Below, piece by piece: positions 37,455-47,901 of a stretch of DNA of 62,099 nt. The stretch's first letter is position 1, and the number at the start of each line of letters is the position of its first letter. The notes beneath the pieces were generated by a model. That model was given only the letters and a program-made list of their open reading frames with translations. It was not told the DNA's origin and made no database searches. This stretch comes from Bdellovibrionales bacterium (GTDB lineage Bacteria > Bdellovibrionota > Bdellovibrionia > Bdellovibrionales > Bdellovibrionaceae), in assembly GCA_031370005.1 (NCBI GenBank), contig JANMPT010000094.1, positions 1 to 62,099 on the forward strand, read 5' to 3'. Position numbers and translations under genes: made by a program.

Positions 37455-38589
37455 TTTGACCCCCAATTTTTGAGTTAGAAATATCCATAGTTTCAGGCCT
37501 ATCTTTAATCGTCGTCAACTGTCCACAAGCCGCGTAAATATCCCGACCCATCGTCCTTCTTAAAAGAACATGTGCTCCGAGTCTAATTAGCTCAGTATGG
37601 AACTTAGCAATCTGTTCATCCGAAGGGCGCTCGAAGCCCGAACCTGGATGCTCGTTAAAAGGAATAATATTAATCTTGCTTGGAACGTCCCTCAGGATTT
37701 TTACCAGCTCCTTGGCATGCTCCATTTGATCCGTCACATTTTTTAATAAAACATACTCAAAAGTAATTTTATCCTTTGTTACGCGACAAAACTCACGGCA
37801 TGCATCAAGAAGTTCTTTAATTGGATATTTTTTATTGATTGGCATCACACGAGAACGGATCTCATCATTCGGACCATTCAAACTGACTGCCAAACGGACA
37901 CGTGCATCAGACACGAGTTTGATCTGAGGAATAAGGCCCGAGGTCGAAACTGTAATCTTTCGACGAGAAAGCATCATTCCCCATGGGCTCTGCAAAACCT
38001 CAATGGATTTAAATACTGCTTCTGGATTGTCTAGTGGCTCACCCATTCCCATGAACACGATATTAGAAATACGCTGCCCTTCATCCAAACGATCATGCAC
38101 TTGCATGAATTGCCCGACGATCTCTTCTGCCGTCAAACGACGTTTGAGCTTTTGTTTTCCAGTAAAGCAGAATTTGCATGCCATATTGCAACCCACTTCA
38201 GAAGAAATACAAAGTGTCAGGCGACCGTCAGAGGGGATCAAAACCGCCTCCACGCTGTTGCCACTTTTCATATCAAAAAGAAACTTCTGCGTACCATCAA
38301 TAGATTTGAGATGTTTTAAAACTGGCGGCAATTCAAAACTTAACTTATCCGGAATTTCTGCCCGGAAAGTTTTTGAAAGATTTGTCATCTTCTCAACATC
38401 AGTTATACGCTGCTCATAGACCCACTTAAAAATCTGTTGTGCACGAAACTGTTCTTTACCTAGACCCTTTAAAAAAGTCTTCATATCTTCCAGGGTCAAT
38501 GAGTAGAAATTGACTTTACCCTGAGGCGTGGTGGTCTCTATATATCTAGGCTCGGTTGCGGATACCTCCGCATCATATGCAGTAAACAT
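37417..38589 (-). CDS. rlmN: 23S rRNA m2A2503 methyltransferase (radical SAM)
   Basis: CISSEVGCNMACKFCFTG, VFMGMGEP, INIIPFN, DIYAACGQL; AAGGAG RBS before ATG 38589. Confidence 0.96.
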   Translation of the reverse strand: MFTAYDAEVSATEPRYIETTTPQGKVNFYSLTLEDMKTFLKGLGKEQFRAQQIFKWVYEQRITDVEKMTNLSKTFRAEIPDKLSFELPPVLKHLKSIDGTQKFLFDMKSGNSVEAVLIPSDGRLTLCISSEVGCNMACKFCFTGKQKLKRRLTAEEIVGQFMQVHDRLDEGQRISNIVFMGMGEPLDNPEAVFKSIEVLQSPWGMMLSRRKITVSTSGLIPQIKLVSDARVRLAVSLNGPNDEIRSRVMPINKKYPIKELLDACREFCRVTKDKITFEYVLLKNVTDQMEHAKELVKILRDVPSKINIIPFNEHPGSGFERPSDEQIAKFHTELIRLGAHVLLRRTMGRDIYAACGQLTTIKDRPETMDISNSKIGGQNERHFSSGQPCL

Positions 38590-38735
38590 ACAGGGCACTC
38601 CTTCTTGCTTATTACAGCATTTTCAAAAAGGTCTTTAAGTCAGTTCTCCAAGAGATCGGACCCTACAATAGGTTAGACAGAATATCCAGTGTTTGAATCA
38701 AATACCTAAAACACTTTTAATTTTTACAATACGCC

Positions 38736-39749
38736 CTAGGAGTGGACGGTCTCAATATACTCCTTAAGCTCAGGAAGCTCGCAGGGAACGCAACCGATTT
38801 TGCCAACAACAACTCCGGCTGCAAAATTTGCGATAGTGCATGCTTTAACAAGAGGCAAATGAGCGGCCACTCCCAAGGAAAGGGCTGCCACCACGGTGTC
38901 CCCGGCCCCTGTTACGTCAAATACCTTGCGAGCAAACGTGGGAACCTCATCAATCTTATCGCCAGAAAAAATTGTCATGCCCTCTTTGCCACGGGTCAAA
39001 ACCACCTCTTTGGCCCCTATTTTTTTCTGAAGAGCACGACCCACTTCAAGGACTTTGTTTGGGTTTTCACGAAGTTCATCAAATTTAAGGCCCGAAATCT
39101 CCACTGCTTCATCATAGTTTGGCTTAATAATATCTACGCCGAAATAGAACTCTCCCAAGTTTGATCGATGTGGATCTGCGAGCAATTTTTTATGATGTTT
39201 TTTGCAAATCTCAACGGTTAATTTTACCAGGTTCTGGGAGATAACGCCTTTTGCATAATCTTGAAGAATAACAACGTCAGCCTCATCAATCACCTCTTGG
39301 ATGCGATGAATAACTTTGGTTTCTGTTTCCGCAGAAAGATATTTTCTCATTTCGTAGTCCACACGAACAATATGATGTGGGCCTGTCATAATACGCATTT
39401 TACGCGTGGTTGGGCGGCGATCCGAATGAACCATATAATCCCAGGAAACCTTGGCCTTGCGACAGATCTCCTGAAGTGTGGCGGCGCCAATATCGCGGCC
39501 CGCTACTCCTACCATCAGAGGAATCCCGCCAAGACTCGCTACATTTTGAGCCACATTGGCCGCCAGACCCAAGCGTTTGTCTTCCTCAGTCACTTCCACC
39601 ACCGGCACCGGAGCTTCAGGGCTGATTCTTCGAACCTCACCCATCACGTATTCATCAAGTCCCACGTCACCTATGATAAGGACTTTCTTGTCCTTGAAAC
39701 TATTCAAGGTCTGAATCAGATCCAGGCGCTGTTCCATACCAATATTCAT
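38736..39749 (-). CDS. rfaE1: D-glycero-beta-D-manno-heptose-7-phosphate kinase (RfaE domain I / HldA)
   Basis: GDVGLDEY, RISPEAPVPVV, QDYAKG, VFDVTGAGDTV. Confidence 0.93.
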   Translation of the reverse strand: MNIGMEQRLDLIQTLNSFKDKKVLIIGDVGLDEYVMGEVRRISPEAPVPVVEVTEEDKRLGLAANVAQNVASLGGIPLMVGVAGRDIGAATLQEICRKAKVSWDYMVHSDRRPTTRKMRIMTGPHHIVRVDYEMRKYLSAETETKVIHRIQEVIDEADVVILQDYAKGVISQNLVKLTVEICKKHHKKLLADPHRSNLGEFYFGVDIIKPNYDEAVEISGLKFDELRENPNKVLEVGRALQKKIGAKEVVLTRGKEGMTIFSGDKIDEVPTFARKVFDVTGAGDTVVAALSLGVAAHLPLVKACTIANFAAGVVVGKIGCVPCELPELKEYIETVHS

Positions 39750-39981
39750 CGCTCGACTCCCTAGCAGCTAGTAGAAATTCCAGTTTTAAACCGATTACTT
39801 AAAAGTAAGCCATACTTTTAAGTGCGGCGATGTGCCTAACGCTCTGGGTTTAATTGTACAGACCTTTGCTGAGATCTTGTGTTTCTACTCCTAGAACCAC
39901 TGAGTCAAATTGTTTTTGTCAGTAGACTCTGAGTTTTTACTTCATTAGGATGTGTCCAGTGATTTTAAGGAGTTAGATCAA

Positions 39982-41259
39982 ATGGAATTTCCCAAATCAG
40001 AAGCACATTTAGACGGTCCTTTGTTCAAAAATGCCCTTCAAACCATCGAAGAAGCGGCCAAACTGATCAACTGTGATCCCAATGTTTTAGAGCGCTTAAA
40101 AAAACCTCGTCGTTGTGTGACTGTAAGTATTCCAGTGCGCATGGATGATTACTCTGTAAAAGTTTTCACAGGCTACCGCGTTCAATACAATGCAACTCTA
40201 GGTCCTTACAAGGGTGGCATCCGTTTTCACCAAAATGTTGATCTGCCTGAGGTCGTAGGCCTTGCTGCCCTGATGACATTTAAGAACTCCGTTCTCGGTT
40301 TGCCTCTTGGCGGAGCTAAGGGCGGAGTTTGCGTAGATCCAAATCAAATTTCTCGCACTGAAAAACAAAATCTTACTCGTCGTTATGCTTCTGAAATTTC
40401 TAGTTTTATTGGCCCCACAAAAGATATCCCTGCTCCCGATGTAGGAACAGATCCACAAACGATGGCCTGGTTTATGGATACCTACTCGCAAGAACAAGGT
40501 GGCTACGCCCAACCAGGCGTCGTTACTGGCAAACCTGTAGAGATCGGCGGATCTTTGGGGCGCAACCATGCAACAGGCTTGGGCGTAGTTTATGTTGCAG
40601 AGAAGTCCTTTGAAAAAATGGGCCTAAAAATGGAAGGTTCAACAATTGCCATTCAAGGCTTCGGAAATGTGGGCTCATTTGCTGCTCTTTTCTCTCATCA
40701 GCGCGGCGCTAAAGTTGTTGCGATTAGCGATGTCAGCGGTGGGATCTTCAATGGCGATGGCTTGAATATTCCTGAAATTATGGAATATATCAAAACCAAT
40801 AAGGTTTTAAAGGGCTATCCGAAAGCGACTGCAATTAATAATGAAGAGCTGTTGATGCTCAAAGTTGATGCTCTTTTTCCCTGCGCTCTTGAAGGACAAA
40901 TTGACGTTCACAATGCGGAGAATGTTAAAGCAAAAATCATCATTGAGGGCGCGAACGGACCGGTCTCTGCAAATGCGACAAAAATCCTTCACAAGCGTGG
41001 TGTATTCATTACTCCAGATGTTATCGCCAATGGTGGCGGCGTGATTGTTTCTTACTTCGAATGGGTTCAGGATATAATGTCCTTGTTCTGGGACGAAGAG
41101 GAAGTAAACAATCGTTTAAAAATGATCATTCATCGAGCCTTCGATGTGGGTTTCAAATTCCACCAGGAAAAAAACATAGATATGCGTTCCGCAGCTATGG
41201 CAGTTTCTGTACAGCGCCTTGAAAAAGCGATGTTGCTAAGAGGCTTGTATCCTAGATAA
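39982..41259 (+). CDS. gdhA: Glutamate dehydrogenase (Glu/Leu/Phe/Val family)
   Basis: GPYKGGIRF, GGAKGG, DIPAPDVGT, IQGFGNVG, EGANGP, NGGGVIVSYFEW; AAGGAG RBS. Confidence 0.94.
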   Translation: MEFPKSEAHLDGPLFKNALQTIEEAAKLINCDPNVLERLKKPRRCVTVSIPVRMDDYSVKVFTGYRVQYNATLGPYKGGIRFHQNVDLPEVVGLAALMTFKNSVLGLPLGGAKGGVCVDPNQISRTEKQNLTRRYASEISSFIGPTKDIPAPDVGTDPQTMAWFMDTYSQEQGGYAQPGVVTGKPVEIGGSLGRNHATGLGVVYVAEKSFEKMGLKMEGSTIAIQGFGNVGSFAALFSHQRGAKVVAISDVSGGIFNGDGLNIPEIMEYIKTNKVLKGYPKATAINNEELLMLKVDALFPCALEGQIDVHNAENVKAKIIIEGANGPVSANATKILHKRGVFITPDVIANGGGVIVSYFEWVQDIMSLFWDEEEVNNRLKMIIHRAFDVGFKFHQEKNIDMRSAAMAVSVQRLEKAMLLRGLYPR

Positions 41260-41268
41260 GCTTATGCC

Positions 41269-42243
41269 ATGAAACCGTGGCTATTCATCCCGCCACAATG
41301 GGCCCATGATCTAGGCCCATTTGGCTTAAAGCTCTACAGTCTTTTTCACTCAGGCCCCACCCCAGCCTGGAATAGCTTTACATGGAATAATTTGATTTTT
41401 AAAAACCCGCTGGGACTTGCTGGCGGGGTGGATAAAAATGCTGAAAGTTTAAAGGAATGGTGGGCTCTTGGAGCCGGCTTTGTGGAGGTCGGCACAGTCA
41501 CCCCACAACCTCAGAATGCAAATCCCGGCAAGATTATGGATCGTGACCTCGAAAGAAAAGCACTCTGGAACCAAATGGGCTTTCCAAGCCACGGTGCAGA
41601 TGAGGTCTTTTACAATCTTCGAGCTCATGATTATAGGCCGACTCCAGTCTTTGTAAACATCGGTAAGAATCGCGATACTGCCAATACAGAGGCCGTAAAT
41701 GATTATCTGTTTTTGATAAATCGCCTAAAAACTCAAGCCGATGTTTTTGTCATCAATATCAGCAGCCCCAACACCAAAGGGCTTCGTGACCTGCAGAACA
41801 AAGATGCTTTAATCAAGCTTTTAGACCCTCTTGTTAAAACGTCCCACCAGGACACCAATAAACCAATTTTACTTAAACTCAGCCCAGACCTAACTGACGA
41901 AGGTCTTGAAGAAGCCCTAAATGTCGCTGTAGATCTGGGTATTGATGGCTTTGTCCTCACAAATACGACGCTTTCACGTCCTCCTGGAGTCAACTTCCCC
42001 TCCGAGGGCGGACTTTCAGGCGCTCCTTTAGGTCAACTTTCCTGTCAAATACTACAAAAAAGTTTACAAATCCTTGGAAAACATCGCCCTGGAAAACTAA
42101 TAGTTAGTGTTGGGGGAGCTATGACCCCTGAAGATGCCTTTGAAAGGTTGCAAATGGGCGCAGATCTTGTTGAAATTTACTCTGCGCTTATTTTTGGGGG
42201 GCCCGGTTTTTTCCGTGATGCCGCTGGTAAATACTCTAGGTAG
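41269..42243 (+). CDS. pyrD: Quinone-dependent dihydroorotate dehydrogenase
   Basis: NPLGLAGGVDKN, EVGTVTP, NIGKN, INISSPNT, KLSPD, GGLSGAP. Confidence 0.94.
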   Translation: MKPWLFIPPQWAHDLGPFGLKLYSLFHSGPTPAWNSFTWNNLIFKNPLGLAGGVDKNAESLKEWWALGAGFVEVGTVTPQPQNANPGKIMDRDLERKALWNQMGFPSHGADEVFYNLRAHDYRPTPVFVNIGKNRDTANTEAVNDYLFLINRLKTQADVFVINISSPNTKGLRDLQNKDALIKLLDPLVKTSHQDTNKPILLKLSPDLTDEGLEEALNVAVDLGIDGFVLTNTTLSRPPGVNFPSEGGLSGAPLGQLSCQILQKSLQILGKHRPGKLIVSVGGAMTPEDAFERLQMGADLVEIYSALIFGGPGFFRDAAGKYSR

Positions 42244-42248
42244 GGTTC

Positions 42249-42701
42249 ATGGCAGAGGATAATGAAAAAACACGAAAAATAAAAACTCGCAGAGGACATT
42301 GGATTCCTGTGGTCGCTGGCTTTCTAAAAAAAGACGGCAAGATTCTCGTAGGTCAAAGGCCCGAGAACAACTCCTTACCTGGCCAATGGGAGTTCCCTGG
42401 CGGAAAAATTGAACAAGGAGAAACTCCAGAACAAGCCTTAGTTCGCGAACTCCAAGAAGAGCTTGGTATAGACGTCGAGGTCGGTGATCTGAAGCTAGCC
42501 TGTACCCACTCCTACGGAGAGGTGGGCATTTTAATTCTATTTTTTGAAATCCTCTTCTGGAAGGGCCAGCCCAAAGCCCAGCATCATATGATGCTTGAAT
42601 GGATTCACCCGGAGGAATTGAAACACAGAAATATACCAGAAGCGAATCGAAAAATCTTGGATCGAATTTACAAGGCCTTAGGATTAGAATGGCGAAAATA
42701 A
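42249..42701 (+). CDS. rppH: MutT-like Nudix hydrolase, close to Bdellovibrio RNA pyrophosphohydrolase
   Basis: Nudix box GGKIEQGETPEQALVRELQEELG; GHWIPVVAGF...KALGLEWRK matches my recollection of BdRppH. Confidence 0.82.
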   Translation: MAEDNEKTRKIKTRRGHWIPVVAGFLKKDGKILVGQRPENNSLPGQWEFPGGKIEQGETPEQALVRELQEELGIDVEVGDLKLACTHSYGEVGILILFFEILFWKGQPKAQHHMMLEWIHPEELKHRNIPEANRKILDRIYKALGLEWRK

Positions 42702-43822
42702 TTTTAGTGACTGAGAAAGTCAACTCCACCTCTTGGCCCTTGGCTTTATCGCTGAGAGCCCAACAGCACGAAGTGATCTTTCTTACAAGCTATGGCGAAG
42801 AGGCCAGCAATGCAGATGGCATCCGCTTCATGGCTTACTTCAAAAAATGGTCCTTCTTAGAAGGTCTTCGCATTTTACCTATGCTTTTCTCCTACGAGCC
42901 TCAAGTTTTACATATCATTCTTGATCAAACCCCTTTGAAAGGGGCCCATGCAGTTCTTGCGAGCTATGCGAAGTCGCATCCTCTAATGGTATTAACGACT
43001 TCACTTCTCCAGTTTGAAAAACGGTTGCGCGTTGGAAGCCCGACTCGCTTGCTTCTTCAAGAGAGTGATATTGTCACCTGTCCCTCAATTGACTCACTGG
43101 CAAAACTTCGCGGCTTGAGTGTGCGTTCGAAAAAACAAGGTCGCGGTATTTTACCGCCGGCATTAGATCTCTATGAAAGCACTTTATTGGACGAGTCCAG
43201 CCACGAAGATCACGAAACTGAAATAGCCGTCGAAGAAAACTGGTCCCAATATCTTCATGAAGAGCCCTTCTTCGTCGTCCCCTGTTTTGAAAAATGTTTC
43301 TCTGAAAATTCGCCTTTTTTCCATCGCGTGGCGCGTATCGCAGAAACACGTTTTGTTGTGTTGCTGGGATCAAATCAAAACTGGCCCCTGCGCAATCGCA
43401 AATTTTTTGAGCAATGGATGGAAACTCAGGGATTGAAAGATCGCTGGATGTTCTCCGGCGCACTTTCCCACTCTCTAGAAAAAGAACTTATGAAGCAAAC
43501 TCAAAGCTTAATCCTTGCTGGAATTAAATTAAGCCCGCAAGCGATTTCCCAGTTTTATCTGAAAGCCATTCAATGCAATACCCCCTTAACCCTGGATTCA
43601 AAGCAGGCCAGCACTCATGCACATTTATGGCAAAAAAACGTAAATTGCTGGATTCTTAATCATGAATCTTTAAACAGGGAGTTTGTCTCTTTTCTAATGA
43701 AAGAAAATTTTAGGCCACCAGAAAGTCTGCAGGACAAACTCAGCGAAGATCGTCATCTTACAGATACTCCGCTGAATGAGCTCAATCGTCTTTACACACG
43801 AGCCTTGGCACAGTTAAAGTAA
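42689..43822 (+). CDS. Divergent GT-B glycosyltransferase-like protein
   Basis: N-terminal LALSLRAQQHEVIFLT, PQVLHI, SDIVTCPS; coupled to a GT4 gene; no clear EX7E motif. Confidence 0.55.
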   Translation: MAKIILVTEKVNSTSWPLALSLRAQQHEVIFLTSYGEEASNADGIRFMAYFKKWSFLEGLRILPMLFSYEPQVLHIILDQTPLKGAHAVLASYAKSHPLMVLTTSLLQFEKRLRVGSPTRLLLQESDIVTCPSIDSLAKLRGLSVRSKKQGRGILPPALDLYESTLLDESSHEDHETEIAVEENWSQYLHEEPFFVVPCFEKCFSENSPFFHRVARIAETRFVVLLGSNQNWPLRNRKFFEQWMETQGLKDRWMFSGALSHSLEKELMKQTQSLILAGIKLSPQAISQFYLKAIQCNTPLTLDSKQASTHAHLWQKNVNCWILNHESLNREFVSFLMKENFRPPESLQDKLSEDRHLTDTPLNELNRLYTRALAQLK

Positions 43823-43826
43823 TCAC

Positions 43827-45077
43827 ATGTCGAAGAAAAAAACTTTGCCGGATTCATTGAATATCTGCTTGGTAAGCAATCGCTTCCAGATTCTCAGCCG
43901 CTCCACTGATAGCGGTTTTTTGTGGCCTATTGCCCGAGGCCTTTCGAAGCAAGGCCACAAAGTAACTGTGATTTCAACAAAAAGCCCCATTGGTAAAGCT
44001 GAGATCAATCGTGACGGAGTCAGAACATACTATCTACAAGAAGGAGCAAGCCAATTTAAAAATCTCAGATTTGAAGAGGCTGTTTTACAAAAATTTACGG
44101 CGCTTCATAAACAGGAACCCTTTCACATTCTACACAGCCTTGATAATTCGGGTCGACGGATTGCTCGCAATAAAAAAGATTTTAATATTGCTGTTGCCTA
44201 TGATGTTGAGGCCACGCAAATGTCCCAGCTTTTTTCAATCTTAGGAATGAGTCAGGAAACTCTTGGAAGTCTGATCACCACCGCCCTTGCAGTAACTTAT
44301 AAATTCCTCACAACTTTTTTCGGCACTGACCGTAAATTATTAAAAACTGCTGATGGTATTTTTGTAAACAATCCCCAACAGCGAATTATTTTAGAACGAT
44401 ACTATTTATACCCGGATTTCCATATCTATACAGTCCCATATGGAATGGAGCTTGGAGACCTTTCCCCAAAAGAAGACTCTTACGTGTACCGTAAAAAGTG
44501 GAACCTCTCTTCCAACGCCCACGTGGTTGTCACGATTTCAGATATGACCGAGATTCGCGAGCTTCAAAACTTGTTACGTTCTTTTGAAAAAGTCGCCATT
44601 AAGAAACCAAATGCTTATCTGATTGTCGTTGGAAATGGTCCATATTTTAAACAGATCGAATTTGAAATGCTAAACCTGGCGCTCGGCAATAGAGTCATTC
44701 TTCCGGGAGCATTGAACTCCAGAGATTTAATCGAGTTCATTTTGATGGCTGACGTATATGTAGATATGAGTTCTCGATCCACAGGATTTGAAGCTAGCTT
44801 AATCGAAGCAATGGCTCAGAAAAAGGTTATTATCGGTTCTGAAGTTAGTCCGATTGCCAATGTGGTTGAAGACGGTGTCGATGGGTTTCTGCTTCGCCCA
44901 GCGGATATCGAATCCTTGGCGAATTTACTGATTGAGATTTTTTCTGGTACTTTGCTTACTGAGGAAATCGGCGACAAAGCCCGCCAAAAAGTCATTGATC
45001 TCTTTGATACTCAGAAAATGATCCGTTCAGTCCTGGACGCCTATCGAAAAATTCTCTTAAATACTGGTATGTATTAG
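43827..45077 (+). CDS. Glycosyltransferase family 4
   Basis: LSKQGHKVTVI, IVVGNGP, GFEASLIEAMA, VVEDGVDGFL. Confidence 0.9.
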   Translation: MSKKKTLPDSLNICLVSNRFQILSRSTDSGFLWPIARGLSKQGHKVTVISTKSPIGKAEINRDGVRTYYLQEGASQFKNLRFEEAVLQKFTALHKQEPFHILHSLDNSGRRIARNKKDFNIAVAYDVEATQMSQLFSILGMSQETLGSLITTALAVTYKFLTTFFGTDRKLLKTADGIFVNNPQQRIILERYYLYPDFHIYTVPYGMELGDLSPKEDSYVYRKKWNLSSNAHVVVTISDMTEIRELQNLLRSFEKVAIKKPNAYLIVVGNGPYFKQIEFEMLNLALGNRVILPGALNSRDLIEFILMADVYVDMSSRSTGFEASLIEAMAQKKVIIGSEVSPIANVVEDGVDGFLLRPADIESLANLLIEIFSGTLLTEEIGDKARQKVIDLFDTQKMIRSVLDAYRKILLNTGMY

Positions 45078-45154
45078 CTAAATCAGCTCTTCCTGCGTTG
45101 AGCCATGAGGGTTTTTCACTAGTCAGGGCCTTTCGAATCTGTATAATTGGTTCC

Positions 45155-45463
45155 ATGACAAAAGCGGATCTAATCAATCTAATTGCTGAAAAAGCAGGCA
45201 TCACTCGCGTAAAAGCGGAAACTGTTGTAAACACTATTTTTGACTCAATGGTGGAAGCACTTATGCGCGATGACCGTATTGAGATTCGCGGCTTTGGTTC
45301 ATTTGTGAATCGCCAGTATGATGCATATAAGGGTCGCAACCCACGTACAGGTGAAGTGATTAATGTTGAGGAAAAAAAATTACCCTTCTTCAAGGTCGGA
45401 AAAGAACTTAAAGAAGATATCAACAAGGGCCCCGCTAAAAAACAATCAAATCCACAGTCTTAG
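45155..45463 (+). CDS. ihfB: HU/IHF DNA-binding protein, IHF-beta-like
   Basis: MTKADLI, RIEIRGFGSF, GRNPRTG, PFFKVGKELKE; TATAAT (45142-45147) lies 7 nt before the ATG. Confidence 0.8.
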   Translation: MTKADLINLIAEKAGITRVKAETVVNTIFDSMVEALMRDDRIEIRGFGSFVNRQYDAYKGRNPRTGEVINVEEKKLPFFKVGKELKEDINKGPAKKQSNPQS

Positions 45464-46662
45464 TGACGCTTAAGAAGGGCTACGTAGAAACCATCGAAGC
45501 CTTCTTTATCAGGCCGAAGATGGATTTCTTTTTCAAGCGACCAATCCGCACCCTTCTCCTTTAAAAACTTTGCGACTTGTTTTTCATTTTCTGAAGGCAG
45601 AATGCTGCAAGTTGAATATACCATCTGCCCACCCTTTTTAATCATTTGAGAATACGTCGTCAAAATTTGATACTGCACTTTTTGCAGTTCTTCGATGTCT
45701 TGGATATTCAGGCGCCACTTTGCATCCGGATTGCGGCGCAAAACACCCAAACCAGAACACGGAACATCGAGCAAAAGACGATCTGCTTGCTCTTTATTAC
45801 GTTTAATCACCTTTGTTGAGTCTATCAATCGGGTCTCAATAATATCCACACCTGCACGACGAGCACGAAGTTTTAACTCATGCAGCTTCCACTCTTTGAT
45901 ATCCATGCAAATAAGTCGCCCCTTGTTTTTCATCAAAGATGCTATATGAAGGCTTTTGCCGCCAGCACCTGCACAGGCATCAATCACGCGCTGCCCGGGT
46001 TGCACATCCAAAAGCGGCACGATCATCTGGGAGCCAGCGTCTTGCACTTCAAAAAAACCTTTCCGAAATGAATCGGTCTGAAAAATTTCTTTGCGATCTT
46101 TCAGTCTTAAAGTAAATGGCAAATCATTAGAAATTTTCTCGGCCACAATCTTATCAGCAGCCAAAGCCGTCATAAGCTCCTCAGGAGTGGTCTTAAGGGT
46201 ATTCACGCGAATATAAAAATCCGCTGGCGTGTTCAAAGCTATGACAATTTTTTCCCAATCAAGACCAAGCTCCTCCCGACCCCGCTCGTCCATCCAGTCT
46301 GGAATAGACTGCTTGGTTGCGAAAGAACCCGCCGCCAACTTTTCTCGACGTTGGACGAAGTCATAGGTGAGACCTTCGAACTCATCCCACGCGGGAAGAT
46401 CATGTCCCATACGCAGCCATTGCACACCAATGAGGCGGTAAAGTTGCTCATCCCCGACGATAAATACCAAAAGACGCTCCCAGCGAAGAACCCCATAAAT
46501 GGTTTCTGCAAAAAATTTTCGCTCCGGCAAAGTCCAATTTCCGTTGTGTTTGAAGCAAGCCTCAATCACTTTATCAGCAAATTTACCGTCAAAAAAAATT
46601 TCCTCCAGAGAGGTTTTTAACTCGCTTACAAGATATCTATTGATTTTCAAATTTCTCCTCAC
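45460..46662 (-). CDS. RsmB/NOP family RNA m5C methyltransferase
   Basis: IRVNTLK, EVQDAGSQ, DACAGAGGKS, LDVPCSGLG, YSTCSI..ENE. Confidence 0.93.
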   Translation of the reverse strand: MRRNLKINRYLVSELKTSLEEIFFDGKFADKVIEACFKHNGNWTLPERKFFAETIYGVLRWERLLVFIVGDEQLYRLIGVQWLRMGHDLPAWDEFEGLTYDFVQRREKLAAGSFATKQSIPDWMDERGREELGLDWEKIVIALNTPADFYIRVNTLKTTPEELMTALAADKIVAEKISNDLPFTLRLKDRKEIFQTDSFRKGFFEVQDAGSQMIVPLLDVQPGQRVIDACAGAGGKSLHIASLMKNKGRLICMDIKEWKLHELKLRARRAGVDIIETRLIDSTKVIKRNKEQADRLLLDVPCSGLGVLRRNPDAKWRLNIQDIEELQKVQYQILTTYSQMIKKGGQMVYSTCSILPSENEKQVAKFLKEKGADWSLEKEIHLRPDKEGFDGFYVALLKRH

Positions 46663-47901
46663 TCACTTCATTGGAAAGAGATGAATACTCGCAATATTCC
46701 TGATGCCAGTCAAGGCCATGAAGAGTCTTTCGACCCCAAGGGCGATTCCAACTGAAGGTGGCATTCCAGCCTCAAGGCATTGCATAAACTCTGGATCGAG
46801 TGGAATATCTTCTTTTTTGAGATTTTTTTTCTTTGCCAGGTCATCTGCGAATCTTTGTTTTTGAACTTGCGGATCATTGAGCTCGTGAAAAGCATTTGCA
46901 AGCTCAAGACCCTGCCAATAAACCTCGAAGCGGTCTGCCCATCCATCTTCAGCAATTCTTGCTAATGCGGCCTGATAAGGTGGATATTTTTCAACGAAGC
47001 TGAGGCGCTCAGGACTAAGTTCAGTTTCAATTTTTTCCATGAAAATCAGGAAAAAATAATCATCAATGGTTGTGGCCGATTTTACATCTACTTTAAGCTT
47101 CATTGCGAGGGCTTTGAGTTGTTCCGCCGTGGTATCGGGTTTCAAATCAAAACCGCAATAGCGAGAAAACATTTGCGGAATTGTAAATGTATCAAAGCCC
47201 AAGGGAGCTCTAAAGTCAGGAATCCTCTGAACCAAGTGGCTTACGAGGTCCACAACATCTCTCTGGATACTTTGCGGGCTGTCGTAAGCTCGATACCACT
47301 CGATCATGGTGAACTCTGGCTGGTGATGATCTGTCACTTCACCATTGCGAAAGACATTCTTAATTTCAAATATCTTTTCTGCCCCCAAAGCCAAAGCCTT
47401 TTTTAAATGTAGTTCGGGACTCGTCGGTAAATAGAGCTTTTCCTTGTGCGAACCATTGAAAAACTCCGTGCTAAACACATCAAGGCTTGCCTCAGTGCCT
47501 GGACATTTAACTAATGTAGGAGTTTTAAGCTCAACAAAACCCTGGTCACGAAAAAACTCTCTCATGCAATATATATAATCCTGCCACCGACGTAAATGCT
47601 CTAATCGCAGTGTTAGACACGGTAAACTTTGCTTGAAAGGCGCAAGCAATGTCACCACACCCTTGTCTGAAATCGCGACCAGATCGCCAATGATAAGGAT
47701 ATTATTTGCATCGAAATCATGGAGTTCGTGGAGAAAAAAATTTGAAAATCTGCGATTATAAGTTTTTCCCTCCCGTGTCACCGACACCTTCCACTCTTGA
47801 CCTTGGTGATGGATTTCTTGGAGGCGGCCGAAAAAACAAACCCCCTTTGGCAGAAGGGGGTAAGGATTCCACTTTTGATCTAGGAACTCAACACGGGTCA
47901 T
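46663..47901 (-). CDS. epmA: EF-P lysine aminoacylase EpmA/GenX with N-terminal extension
   Basis: LYLPTSPELHLKKAL, FRNGE..HQPEFTMIEWY, QAALAR, RFEVY..GLELANAFHEL, GIALGVERL. Confidence 0.92.
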   Translation of the reverse strand: MTRVEFLDQKWNPYPLLPKGVCFFGRLQEIHHQGQEWKVSVTREGKTYNRRFSNFFLHELHDFDANNILIIGDLVAISDKGVVTLLAPFKQSLPCLTLRLEHLRRWQDYIYCMREFFRDQGFVELKTPTLVKCPGTEASLDVFSTEFFNGSHKEKLYLPTSPELHLKKALALGAEKIFEIKNVFRNGEVTDHHQPEFTMIEWYRAYDSPQSIQRDVVDLVSHLVQRIPDFRAPLGFDTFTIPQMFSRYCGFDLKPDTTAEQLKALAMKLKVDVKSATTIDDYFFLIFMEKIETELSPERLSFVEKYPPYQAALARIAEDGWADRFEVYWQGLELANAFHELNDPQVQKQRFADDLAKKKNLKKEDIPLDPEFMQCLEAGMPPSVGIALGVERLFMALTGIRNIASIHLFPMK

